63,832 nucleotides of DNA, filler included, from Choristocarpus tenellus KU-1152 (GCA_964200185.2; 13 parts of 13 records of this genome joined end to end with filler, not necessarily neighbours in it); one strand, 5' to 3'; shown: positions 1 through 12,441, counted from the whole stretch's first letter. The notes: generated by a model not told the origin, from the sequence alone. Made by a program: numbers and translations.

Positions 1-68
1 CCAAAAAGTGAAAATCGAAAAAAGGATGAAAAACGGACGCCGACACCCCCCCCCAGATACTTTGATCC
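1..68. mobile_element. MITE family B, terminal fragment at window start
   Basis: GGACGCCGACA-poly(C)-AGATACTTTGATCC matches the family B terminus seen at 38084-38143 and, reverse-complemented, at 19182. Confidence 0.8.
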
Positions 69-69
69 C

Positions 70-1324
70 AGACCCACTCCCACTCTTACGTTCTTCTGTC
101 CTGATCATGTCACCTTATCCTCCACACACCCAATGCGCACCTGACAAGGACAAATTCGACTTCAGAGCTGTTCGCATGTTCACTGTGCTGTGGTACGCTA
201 ACCCGGACGCCACCATCGAATCCCTCAAGAACAGCGGGGGGTTCACACACACCTATAGGTTGAAGGTGGGATAAACATTCCCAACTAAGTTGTCCCCAGA
301 CGACGACGCCACACTTGACATAGGGCAGACAGTAATGAAGGAATTTGATGTGTTCTGTCGAAATATAAAGGCCATCAGTTTCCAAAGAACCCAAGGCCCA
401 TAGAGTTCTTCTGCACTATGCGCATCCCCTCGTAATCCTTCCCTGATAGATACACTGCTAACCCTAAATCCTCCACATCCTCAAAGCTCGTTCTTTATTG
501 GTCTCCTAACGACACACCATTGCACATTTGACGTACATGTAGCTCACGGACAAGGTCAAGGAGCAGTATTTCGCAAGAATGTGCACTGACGTCCTCGCCG
601 GAGTCAGCTTAGCCATCCTTAGAGGGGAGACCCCCAAGGCCATCGCTGGTGCAACATTGTCGAGGTGGCTGCCCACGCCTTCTAAGAACAGACTGCCAAA
701 AAATTGTCTTCTGACGCGCTCTCGTTGACGTATGTTTTCGGGACGGAGACATTTCCAGAGGAATGGGTAAGTCGATACTGACCGTGACAATTCAAGTAAC
801 GTATGGATGTATATGCATATACCCCCTCCTGACCCTGCAACAGCCGCAATGTTCACCGTCTAGTTCGTGGCTCACGAGGCAGACACCCATGTCATCCATG
901 TGACTTACCGTTCCACTACTACCCATGTGCTTCTCTATGACAATTCTCCCACACTCTTAGGAGCGTCCGGAACAAACGGCCCCAGGCCCACCAGGACAAG
1001 GGGAAGGAGAAGACAAGAGGAAAGGTGAAGAAGAATAGACCAGGAGTCGGCGATCCAGACCCGACATCTGCCGCCCAGGCGGAGGAGGAGTTGGCGTCTC
1101 AACCCTGGACCGTCCAATTGGCATACATGAGACGTATGCACACCAAGAATGTCCTCATCAAGAGGGCTGTTCAGGAGGTCGCCATACAAGTTATGAACGA
1201 CCTAAAAAGGAACGACAAGCTCGGGATAGACCCCTACACCAAAGACGCATCAGCAGGGTCTTCAGCAGAGGGTTCTCCTACCAAAAAATACATCCTCAGC
1301 GACGAGGTACTTAACTGTGTGTGA
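70..1324 (+). pseudogene. Degraded coding-like sequence of unknown family, possibly TE cargo
   Basis: Several protein-like + strand stretches broken by stops or frameshifts (e.g. FDFRAVRMFTVLWYANP; ORF 1025-1324); no recognisable motif. Confidence 0.3.
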
Positions 1325-2471
1325 GGTTCATCATCTCATCTCTCCACCGTATTTCAGTTCGTATCAAGCCTACTCATAATAAACGCCCTGATCGCGAACA
1401 TTAATGTAACCCACAAAATCCACAGATGAAAAGGGACCTCGTGTTGAGGGAGGATGTGGAGGAGGGTACAAAATACCTGGACATCGACAAATACTCTGAG
1501 GGTGTTACCCTGAACACCAGTGACGAATACACAGGCAAGCAATTACATCATTGTACAACATCGCCATAGGTTAACATCCAAACGTGGTTCCCTGCACCAA
1601 ACACACAACCTAGACTCTCACAGATCTTACCGACGTTGATAGTTTCACAACGAACATTGTCACAGGGTTCTCCGGTTTCATATGTTGCGAAGTTGCTTGT
1701 CGAACAGATTGATTCATACTTTCGCTGTGTTGTACCGATCGACAGAACCCGGCAAAAGAAGGGAAATTATGTTGCGGTTACATGCTAGTCCTATACGCAT
1801 CCTCTTCACTCTATGTTACCAGCCCTATTTGCCTTCCTGTTTTATGGGCTCGATTAATTGCCCAAGTTTAACTAACCGCTATTACTCTGATCCCTCCATC
1901 CTTTCCTCGGCCCCTGCCTCCTCCTCTGTATCCTGCTTAGCTTACTCCTTCTCACCAAAACCTCTATCTCATCCCTTGCCTCCTAACGCTAACACCTCCT
2001 CCCGTTGTTTTGACCCCTACTCCGTCACGTCCTTTGCCTACTCCTCCACCATTACAGAGATAACTAGAGTCACAACCATCGTGATCACCCCAGACAAGAA
2101 CGACACATCCGAACACGACCTCGAGAAGTTCAAGTCCGAAACGAGCACCGCTCGCGAGAGAGAAGTCGCCCTTCTGCAGACCCGACCAGGAGGCATGGTA
2201 ATCACATGCACCGCCCTCGGGGACAAACTAGATCCGGATCGTATCAAACTTCTCATAGGCGAACTCTCCACCTTCCACAATTTTGCACTTGTGAAGACAC
2301 CGGTAGCTGGTGGCGTATCCATGCCTATACCCTGTGGAAGACCCAACCCACCAGATGATGAAGAGGAACAAGATAGCCCATCGCCTAGCCTTGCAATAGG
2401 TACGGGAAGCAGGACTCTACGAGGTGGGAGGCATACATTAAACCCTCAGAACACGACTCTGAAGGCAATGG

Positions 2472-3370
2472 GGACAGACCCATCTGTAAGGCTTTATCAT
2501 GTCCAGAGGAACTTGCACAGGAGGACGTGAGGGGGCGGCTAGGCAAGGACTGAGAGTCCACGCCTGTCAGGAGTGACCCATTTATGTCCCCGGAAGCCCA
2601 TTCGGTGGGCAGCGGTGGTGACAAGGCACAAGTGCCAGGGAACAGCTACGACCATAGTGTGAGGCGAAGTGAGAACCACGTCCATGCCGATCCTACCCCA
2701 ACCCCGAGGGACAAGCCTTCCGAGAAGGGCAAAGGGAAGCGGAAAAGGACGCTATTTAGGAAGAAGAGGGGGTTAGAGGAGACTCGGAAGATGATGTGGA
2801 CCGACCCGATTGTGATGCTTTCTCAGGTCCAGAGGAACTTGTACAGGAGGACGTGGGTGGGCGTTCAGGCACGGACTCAGAGTCCACGCCTGTCGGGAGT
2901 GACCCCAGAATGTCCCCAAACGCCCATTCGGTGGGCAGTGGCGACGACGAGGCACAATTGCCGGGGAACAGCTACGACCATAGTGTGAGGCGAAGTGAGA
3001 ACCGCGTCCATGCCGATCTTATCCCAACCCCGAGGGACAAGGAGTGAAAGTATCTTAGAGGGTACGAATTTTCTCCTGTGTATCCATTTGAGGCTTGGCT
3101 TCCCAGGGGTTTTTTTATGACATTTTCCTACTCCGAAATCTTTCAGAGTAGGAGAAATGTGTATGTTGTGAAAACGTGAGTTCGGAAAAAGGATATTGAT
3201 ACTTCCAAATACACACAATAGCCAAAATTACATCAAAATCGCAACATTGGATTGGCGCCCAAACGGACGCGGCTCTACCCTCTAAGATACTTTGAATCAA
3301 GCCTTCCGAGAAGGGCAAAGGACAGGGGAAAAGGACACTAATTGGGAAGAAGAGGGCGATAGAAGATGCT
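2472..3370 (+). repeat. Tandem duplication, ~327-bp (109-codon) unit, two copies; second copy interrupted by MITE A
   Basis: GTCCAGAGGAACTTG...GAACAGCTACGACCATAGTGTGAGGCGAAGTGAGAACC...CCCCGAGGGACAAGCCTTCCGAGAAGGGCAAAGG occurs twice. Confidence 0.9.
3042..3298. mobile_element. MITE family A, full length (257 bp), TSD AAG
   Basis: TIR GAGTGAAAGTATCTTAGAGGGTA...TACCCTCTAAGATACTTTGAATC; the empty site GGGACAAGCCTTCC is preserved in the paralogous repeat at ~2708. Confidence 0.92.
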
Positions 3371-4792
3371 GGACGGATGAGACCCTTCAAACAGCCTCGT
3401 GGTCCTCATGGCAGCGCATTAGAACCTGGATTCTTCGCAGACGTCTTCGCTTCTGCCAAAATGGGCAGATACGCGGTAAATCCGTGTTCATCTACATCAA
3501 GGTACGATGATGACAATGAAAGGCCATCTCATGGTGATGAGGATTGCGTCACACAGGACGCGGCCGACTCTGGCGATGCATCCAATGTGAGGATCACCGA
3601 AGCCTTCGTGGAGGCATGCATTACCGAGCTCCTATGATTGGCAACGAAACCTGCTTCTTCACAGTATCGAGTGCAGACTCAAATCTTCACCCAAGTCATA
3701 CACGACCATGGGTTCAGGCTCATCAAGGCCGATAAAGCGGCCGTTTCTCTTGTTTTCGGGGATAAATGCTACGTCCACGAGCCCACACAGGTTAAACTCG
3801 GCGGTCGTGGAGGGAAGCCAGGCAACACATTGCGTCCCGAGCATGTGGAAGCGCTCCAGGCAAGGAAGGCTATCTTCTTGAGCCTCGTGAAGCCCGAACC
3901 TTGGAACGCCAGGTACTCCACACGCCTAAATCTATGGCACCTTCTTGTCGAGGCATACCCTAAGCTCACAGAGTGGTGGGAGAAGGGGAGTGAATGCAAT
4001 ATCGAGTCCGCCCACCAATTGAAATAGGGCTTCGGTCATTTCGGTTTTTTGCTGAAGTACGGGTAGAGTTACAGGTTGTGGTAATTTATTCATCAGTGTA
4101 CCTTGCCTTGGTGTCCGACTACCATGTTCATGCATTTTCCATTCTATGAGTTATGCATTTAGATAGTGGTATCGGATACATTGCTACCAGTCAGAGTCCT
4201 CAGCGTATCATATATCATACTTACGTTGAGGATTAGATCTGTGTTATTTTGTTTTTAAAAGAGCGTGTCTGCTACAAGGTTTAGACAACTAGAATATAAT
4301 ACATCAAACAACTCTTCTCCATCTGCTCAGCTAACCTTTCCAAACAATTCGTCAGGGGCTGCGACGGATACCCTGTCCTTCTCAAAGCTGATATTTATTC
4401 CTTGAACACTATAACACACCTCCCCCCTTCTTCTCAATCTCTATGCACTACCTCTTGCTTTGTCCAAGTGTCGACAAACTAGATTCGATCTCGTTCTCCT
4501 TGGAATCTTGGAGGATTATATACCTAAGTCCACGCACGATGCTCCTAAGCACAGCACCAACCCAGGACCTCTGGAAGTGTACCTTGAACTACTTTCAGAG
4601 AAACGTACGACAATAAACCTTGACCAACAACCACTCGTATACACGTTCATTTTCCGTCCACGCCTTTTCCCTTACTTCATACTAACAACTTCAACCCTAA
4701 CACCCTCAGCGACAACCACGTCTTATTACATACTAAATCCAATACATGCACACAAACAAACGAAGTGTTACATTTAAACTGCACATGATATA

Positions 4793-5287
4793 GAGTGGAA
4801 GTATCTTAGAGGGTACGAGTTTTGCCCTGTTTGTCCCTTTAGTGCTTGGCTTCCCACATTTTTCTTAATGGCTTTTTCCTACTCCAAAATGTTTAGGAGT
4901 GAGCCAAAGTATCTTAGAGGGTAGAGCGGTTTCCATTTGGGGGTCAAAATCCAATGTTGTGATTTTAATGTAATTTTGGCTATCATGTTTGTTAGTAAGT
5001 GTCAATATCCTTGTTCCAGACACACCTTTTCATAACGTGTACATTTTACCTACTCCTAAACATTTTGGAGTAGGAAAAGACCATAAGAAAAATGTGGGAA
5101 GCCAAGCACTAAAGGGACAAACAGGTCAAAACTCGTACCCTCTAAGATACTTCCACTCAGTAGGTAAAATGTACACGTTATGAAAAGGTGTGTCTGGAAC
5201 AAGGATATTGACACTTACTAGCAAACATGATAGCCAAAATTACATCAGAGCCAAAGTATCTTAGAGGGTAGAGCCGCGTCCATTTGG
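4793..5287. mobile_element. Nested MITE A cluster: outer copy 4793-4900 plus 5159-5247; inverted inner full copy 4901-5158 (TSD AGT); third copy starting 5248, cut by the contig end
   Basis: TIR ends at 4793, 4901, 5158 and 5248; removing the inner copy and one AGT restores the consensus GGAGTAGGTAAAATG. Confidence 0.88.
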
Positions 5288-5387
5288 NNNNNNNNNNNNN
5301 NNNNNNNNNNNNNNNNNNNNNNNNNNNNNNNTTAATTAATTAANNNNNNNNNNNNNNNNNNNNNNNNNNNNNNNNNNNNNNNNNNNN
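5288..5387. other. Artificial contig linker N44-TTAATTAATTAA-N44 (also 9854-9953, 13382-13481, 18084-18183, 23571-23670, 26558-26657, 30221-30320, 34376-34475, 37984-38083, 44267-44366, 57554-57653, 60378-60477)
   Basis: Twelve identical 100-bp spacers with a six-frame stop cassette. Confidence 0.99.
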
Positions 5388-6069
5388 AGAGGGACGGGGT
5401 GGTCAAGGTGTTTGGGGGGGGGTGGGGGGATGTAAGAAGAGCTACTCATACCATATATTAGACAGGATATCAACAAAATAGATTGATGAAAACAGCACAA
5501 ACGTTAAGTCACTGTTGCCAGCTAACATTACCTATCTAGACAGCAGAGCAAAGGCATCTCTAATTGTGGAGACAGGAGTGTGAGCATTGTTCAGGGTAAA
5601 TGGAACCTTACAGGGAAGACCAAACAACTCTTCACAATGAGAATCTCAAACAGTGCACAAAAGTAGAAGATACTACAATACAGCAGATATCAGGAAAGAA
5701 AAAGAGGCAAAGCAATGAAGTTAGGGGAGTTTTGGTGATGGCATGCAGAAAAATTGGATAGTCTCAGTGATTGCTGCCTTAAGTTCGGAAAGCCCTTGGG
5801 TGACCACTGGGATGGTATGTCATATTTCAAGTACATTTAACCAATGATGTATGTAGAGAACATATTATGCTACTGCAAATGATTCAATATGTTTTCATAC
5901 TGCCTCTCTGACTATACTAACCGTAACCCTAAATTTGCAATGCTGGTTAGGCATCTGCTATTCCAGTTTAGAAGCGTTGCTCTGCAACTCCCCCCTCCAG
6001 ACCATACTTCTTCCATGATTTGTCTCCCTGATGCAAGGTTGGGGTCGGGGGGAAGTTAAATGCATGCAC

Positions 6070-9000
6070 CTGGCTCTTCTCTTGAGGCCATTTGCATCAC
6101 GTATGCGCTTGTCAAGCTCCCTCTGGCGCATATTGTCCAGCATCTATCACCAGACAGCAGGCATGCAACAGTCAAGCCAGGGAAAGTTGTGGGCAACAGG
6201 TAAAAGGTTGAGTAGGGTTCGTGGAGGGGGGGGCGGGGCGAAAGAGGGCCATGAGGAGGAGAAATCTTCTTGCTTGGGGAAAACAAAGGTAAACCTGTTG
6301 AGGATGAGCTCAGAGCTGGGGGCAAACAATACAAGTAAACGTTTTGGCGATTTTGAACACACTAGTTTTGTCAATAAAAAACGTCATAATTCAACTTGTG
6401 TTCTCTAATGCAGAGGGTCAGGGCTCGGGAAAGGTGGGACACTGTGAGCGAGGGGCGAAATAAAATTCTTGTGTGTAGCGTTGATGAAAGGGGAAGTTTC
6501 CATTTCACCTTCAACTATCTCAACAATTTAAATAACAATTGGTCAATCAAAACACAATCACAAAGACTGACGACCAAGACCAACTCTTAGACCCCTACCA
6601 AAGGATCATTCATACCTGTACTTTGGACTTCCAAAAGCTGATCCCATCAAATTGACCGCAGGTAAACTGGGGTGAAACCTCTAAGGCAGTTATTGCTCTT
6701 GCACGAAGCCGTCGGATTTCTACACCTGTATCCGTTAGCTCCCCCCTCCTCCTACTACATTCCCTTTCCCCCCTCCTTGTGATACTCACCTGCCGTTGCC
6801 GTTCTGGCCATTCTTTTACAGTCCTCTGACCCTCTGAGCTCAGGTTTTCAAAGTATGCTTCTGGATCTGTTGCCTGCATTTGGCAATTACGAAAAGCAGA
6901 AAAAATCATAAATAGTTGATATGCAAACAGTACCTTGAAGTACTCTGTACACGAATATCCCTACAATTACATCCAAGCATTGCGCAAATATCCTTCTACA
7001 ACAAGACCAACAGCAAACAGAATAAGAAGAAAGAGCAATCGCCTCAAAAACAAGAGTAACCACAAGTCATCTTCTTCCCTCCTTGGTCTCATGCCATCCT
7101 CACTTCTTTCATCTTCTTGTAATCTTCAGGAGCATCATCCTCCATGTCATCTACTACCTAGGGACAGAATGTGGCGGCAATCGATAGGTGGAGGGAGGCT
7201 AACATGAGTCCTCTTGCTGCTTGATGAGATATAGCTCTCAGTTAAGGTTACCAAATTCAGGGTCAAACTCATGGCAAGTAAATTGTGGGGTGGGGGCAGT
7301 GACAAACGATCCCTGTACCTCTCTGTCAACCTCTGCAGCTGCTGCCTCCACAAGTTGTTGCAATTCCTCCTGGCGCTGTCTTTGCATCCCCTGGGAGGTT
7401 GACAGTCAATGTGTTCAGCAGGTAAAGTTGGAAGAGGTGAGGAGTGCAGCTGCTTAGAAATGACTCTGCTGTCCATATAATCACTCAAGGCATGGAGAGG
7501 GAAAACCCAGGCAATAGCCCAAACTAAACTGGTTACAGACTACTACTGAGTACGTACTACTCAGCACTACATTACATAGGACATTAATCAATATTGAATA
7601 TTGAACTCGAAGCTGATCCCCAATACTTTAATATTACTATCTCAATCATCATTTCCTCACTCTGGCATGTACAATACGCCAAAACTTGGAGTTGGGTGTT
7701 GCATCAATAACAAAAAAAAGCTAAAAGCACGCATCATAGTCCAATAGTTCGGTACAGAAACACTTGCGAAGCACATGCTGCATCAACTACTGCCCTTCAT
7801 TGTGACTAGTACTCAAATCCCCTAAAAAAAACACCCCCTCTACATAGCCAAATACTTCAGGAGACGCAGAACTCAAGGAAATTGATGAACCATGAGAGTA
7901 GGAGAGCGAGGAAGAACATAGCAATTCTCACTGAGGCAATACCTCACTGGCCCCATCTTCCCTTCTACAGAATCCATCTACTCCCAAATTTGTGATAATA
8001 CACTGCCCCTCTCCCTCACAGTTGAAGTCCTCACCTCTTCCTCATCCTTGCAAAGAGTCCAGGAAGCTCCTCCCCCTCCAGTGCCAGACCCCCCCTTGCC
8101 CCCTCTACTACCACCATCTTGGCCACTTGCCCCCCCACCATTGGGGTCAATAAAAAGAGTGGGATATCGCCGGAGAATGACCACTCTCACTGCTGCAACA
8201 ATACCCCCACCTGTTGATATCATATTCAAATACAGTGACATTAGTATATTGACAAAAAAAAGGCAGACTAGGGTTGGTGGCAGCAAGTTGCAGCAAAAAT
8301 AATCAAAACTTGTGCCTGTGTCTCTCCCCCCCCCATCTGTCTGGACTACATATACAAGTTTGTAGGAAAATTATACATGCCCTTTTGAAGCCTATATAAG
8401 AATTTGAAGAAGACTACAAGAGCTTTCTTCCAAAGAAAAGTCCTTGTTGGCAAGCACTCACAGACCAATTAGTTACAGAATTGAATAATGTTGCAACTTC
8501 TCTGCTTCGTATTTGCTCAGATTCAGTTTCATCAGGAATTCCTGTTACATCTCCAGCTAGTATTAACAGCACATTTACATGTTTCAAATTGCAGTATGAG
8601 GAAGTAGCAATTATTATCACTGACCCCCTTGTACTCCCCGAAAACTAATGACACATACACTGCCTAAACACGAGATCAGAGACCACATATGTACATGTAT
8701 ATATTTCTTGCACTCACCAGGAACCACAGAGCAGAGAGGAACTCCAAGCAAAGGCATTCCTTCCAACGAGCCTGCGGTTCCTGCTCGTGTCCACGTTCCC
8801 TCCCTCTTCCCCCCTCCCCTTGCCACTGCCCCTATCCTTTGTGATATCCGAGGCCTCACAAACCCCATCATGGCATCCCACCTCGCAGGACGTGTAGAGT
8901 TCACTCCCAGGCGAAGGCATGGACCCATCCCAGGCCCAAGCTCACCACTGGCACGTTTTTTTAAGAGATCTAGCGGGTCTACACCAACTCCGACCCCCTT

Positions 9001-9641
9001 CCCACCCCCACCCCCAACTCCAGCAGTGGTAGTATTGGAGATTGAAGAGTCTATTGCCCCCACTGCTACTGTAGGACCCCATGCCTCAAGGATAGCACCT
9101 GACACAGCAAGTTTTACACCGGGTGCAATTCTCCCTCTGCGAACAAAGTGTGACAATGCGTCATCCAGGCATGCATCCAGAGCATACCAGCCGTCTGTCA
9201 CCTTGCATGGCGTTGCAAAGAAGGGCATCATCATTGGGTGAGGGAGGCCAAGGAGGGGTTTGGGGGTGGGGAGTGTTCAGTCATGGAGACAGAGATTGAG
9301 GGATATGACAAAAGGTCTTGCATAAGAGATGTGTATGTATGGGAAACTTGACTGTGAGCTCTTGCACTTGCACTTGCTCTCACTATCTCAAGGTTTGGAG
9401 GCCAGGATACTTTATCCCATCAGAATACACAACCAATACCTCAATGATGATAGTTCCCCCCAATCCAGTTCCAGCAGCACTAGGTCCATCTCCTGCCCCA
9501 TTCCCCGGTTTCAAGCTTTTGACCTCATCCTGTTTGTAAACACGACTGACACAGAGTACCATGAGCCTGGATTCGCTAGCATCTCCCTGGAGGATAGCCT
9601 TGATTGCTGGCTTCTTGGCCTGGTTCAGCTCAACCTCGTAC
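6070..9641 (-). CDS. BRCA2: BRCA2 homologue, partial (end of helical domain, OB1, OB2/tower). Exons 9641-9440, 9201-8718, 8210-8035, 7390-7319, 7157-7104, 6873-6790, 6143-6070
   Basis: GT-AG exons with compatible phases give RYEVELNQAKKPAIKAILQGD..LMVLCVS, E|VTDGWYALDACLD, LRLGVNSTRPARWDAMMGF, GGIVAAVRVVILRRYP and DPEAYFENLS. These match the BRCA2 DBD motifs (ELTDGWY, NSTRPARW, GGxV..V.IQRAYP). Confidence 0.92.
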
Positions 9642-10022
9642 CTATCAATTTAGGGAATCAGCCCCAAAGATGTAAGGAACTTTTTTGGTTGTACTCCGAG
9701 TATTTGCCTGTGAAAAGACTGTTTCTCCAGCTTTGCCAATTTACTTTTTCACCAATGTACAGTGGTCTTGTTTCTGGAGACAACTCATTGCCCCTCCCCC
9801 CTCCCTCCCCCAACCCAAATCTACCTTTTGTCCCCGATAGTTTAGAGTACTATNNNNNNNNNNNNNNNNNNNNNNNNNNNNNNNNNNNNNNNNNNNNTTA
9901 ATTAATTAANNNNNNNNNNNNNNNNNNNNNNNNNNNNNNNNNNNNNNNNNNNNTGATTCCTCTTCCTTCGTAGTCTATGTATCATATACAATGCATTCGA
10001 TTCAGGTTTCAACATAGTACAA

Positions 10023-11850
10023 ATGTTACTTCAGGGAACAGTTGATGCCACGCTCTCAGGAATATTGTCAGCTCTGCAAGATTGCCACACGGGACCTGAT
10101 AATCCAGACTTAGGCGTTCGAGGTTGGTTACCACTAAATAGTTCCCAGGATCAAAGCATGACAGTGTGTAAACTCCCTCCCCCTGGTTGGATGACCCCAG
10201 ATAGAACACCTAGTAGAGACCTGACACACACCCCACAGCAACTCCCTCCTCCGTGTACCGCCTCTGCCACTTTCGGTTGGACTCTACCCTCGAAGACAGG
10301 GTAGAAATAAAGGGAAAAACAGGAGAAGAGAAGCGATCTTCCAAGAAAAGGCGCATAAGTGCATCAAGGCCAAAGAACAAGAAGGGCAGTGAGACAGAAC
10401 GGTTCGAATGAGTGAGGTGGTTCAACACCATCCCAAGAAAAGGCGCATACACCATCCCACTCTCAAGAGAGCAGTGGCTACTCTATCGGACGTGCCAGAA
10501 CTAGTGGAGAAAGACCCCTTCTTGGGCAGCATACGGGGCGTACTCGAAGGTCAAGGGCACTGGAAGTCGTCACTCGAATGGGGAAAAGGGATTATAGATG
10601 TGGAGTCAAATTCCTTAGATGATAAAGAGTTACTCTGGTACACCCCTGGAGAGTACGCACCTAGGCTAGCAGTTCCTCGTTCGCTAGTGTCAAACATCAT
10701 AGCACTAGTTCACCTGCAGACTAGTCATCAGGGAGTTGGACGCACAGTAGCCCTAACCCATCGATACTTCTTTTGGCCCTCACTACACAAAGACACTCAG
10801 GATTATGTTTTATCCTGTGGCTGTCGCAGAGACGAAAGTGTGCAAAATAGGACAATAGTGAGGTGTACCTTATTTTGTGCATATGAGATTATTGTGTTGA
10901 ATTGAGTCCATGTGATGTAACTAACGAGATAGTACACATCCGGATTATGTATGGGATTATGTATTGGTATTTGTTCTTCATTCAACTACTTTGACGTAAC
11001 TGTTGACTTAGATAGGAATCACAAATAAATAATAAACAAGCAATGAGAAGACACCACACAAAGGTCACTCTTCTAATTTCAACCATGTAATCACGTTCAG
11101 GAAAAGCGGTCGTGTGAGGCTTCACACCTTCTTATCTTCACACTACCTACAAATATCATTACCTCCCAAGGTAATTTGCACTGAAAGAGACCAGGTGCGC
11201 GCAAGTGGCAATGCTGCCAGCCAAGTTCCTGGAACCATGGGATGTACTCGAGATGGATCTGCAAGATGTACGACACATCTCAGCAAAAGGCAACAAATAT
11301 CTATTAATTGTAATTGATAGAGCTTCCAGATTCCCTTTTGCATTCCCAATGGCGTCAAAGGAAGCAACTGGAATAGCAACAAATGTGTTGGAATTACTTC
11401 TTACATTTGGAATCCCTCTGTCAATTTGTAGTGATGCAGGAGAGGGGAGTTCACAGGAGACATAATGAACCACCTTTGCCGTTGGCTGAAAGTCTCTATC
11501 AATTATGGACCGACTGGCAACTGGAGAGGACAAGGGGGAGTAGAAAAGATGGGAGGTCTGCTCTTAGAAGTCCTGTCGGAGCTATGTGTGAAGTGGCCAG
11601 ATAGATGGGATGAATATGTATCTCCGGCATGTTGGGCACAACGCACTACCCCAGATCCCTCTGACCCGCTCAATCCCACCCCCTTCCGAGTCTTGTTCGG
11701 CTGTGACCCCCGCACACAGCTAGATGCAGTCATACCGAAGTTGGATGGGGACGTAGAGGTTGGAGGATTGGATTCCTTCATCTAGCAACGAAGACAGAAC
11801 TTCAGGGAGGTACTACTTTCAACTAGTCATGGAAAGACGAGAAGGGAAAG
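10023..11850 (+). mobile_element. Degenerate Ty3/Gypsy pol: integrase zinc-binding and rve core domains
   Basis: H..HQGVGRT..RYFFWPSLHKDTQDYVLSCGCRR (HHCC); PWDVLEMDL..KYLLIVIDRASRF; WDEYVSPACWAQRTTP..TPFRVLFG; frameshifts and stops present. Confidence 0.9.
10839..11182 (+). mobile_element. Probable solo LTR (344 bp) inserted in the Gypsy integrase
   Basis: 5-bp TSD GAAAG (10834-10838 and 11183-11187); termini TGTGCAAA...TTTGCAC(T); internal AATAAA. Confidence 0.75.
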
Positions 11851-12441
11851 GATAAGTGGTACATAGGTACAGTTTTTGACTTCAAGTCACCCTGCTGGAG
11901 GGTACGGTTTAATGATGGGGATTGGGAAGAAATGAACAAAAGTGAAATGAGTCGTTCCCCCCGAAAATAACATAACAGGTAACCACTACATCCAGAAGGC
12001 AAGGTACGTGAGGACTAGCCGATTCATAGGCCGACGTTGATGTTATGACCTGTTTTACGCACTAGCAGCCGTCAGTATGAGACAGGCAATAACCAGATGA
12101 TACCTGGCACTCTAGGAAAGCTGTACTTTAGAGAGAATGAATATATCCTCAGAATTGGGCTAGACGCAGACAGGTTTCCCCAAGTAAGATAGGGATACAT
12201 GTTTAGGCTTAGTAGGAGTTAGGCATATTTTTGCTCTTCCTTCTCCCTACTACAGGATGATCTGAGGTGATTGATGATGTCTATTGTCTTCACCAGTGAC
12301 TTGTGGTAAATGTTTTGATATAAGATACATTCTTCTTTTATCCTGTTTTTTTTATCTTTTTTTCATTTTGTTATTCTGAAGTCCCAGCTCAAAAAAGAAC
12401 AGGTATATTTAGATCAGGCAGACACAATTTGAATAAGAGTA

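Larger units (their letters stand above)
2050..4027 (+). pseudogene. Disrupted intronless ORF of unknown function with internal duplication and MITE insertion
   Basis: ORFs 3377-3637 and 3638-4027 are in one frame separated by a single TGA; upstream ORF fragments contain a ~327-bp duplication; MITE A inserted at 3042-3298. Confidence 0.5.

Noticed and set aside
3635-3637. In-frame TGA as selenocysteine or readthrough
   Set aside because: The surrounding region has other disablements and a MITE insertion; a nonsense mutation is simpler
4989-5183. Recurrent small ORFs SVNILVPDTPF (also 45989-46243, 57023-57259)
   Set aside because: Chance frames within non-coding MITE A; not conserved as intact ORFs across copies
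8648-9901. Plus-strand ORFs of 197 and 190 aa
   Set aside because: Antisense shadows of BRCA2 exons
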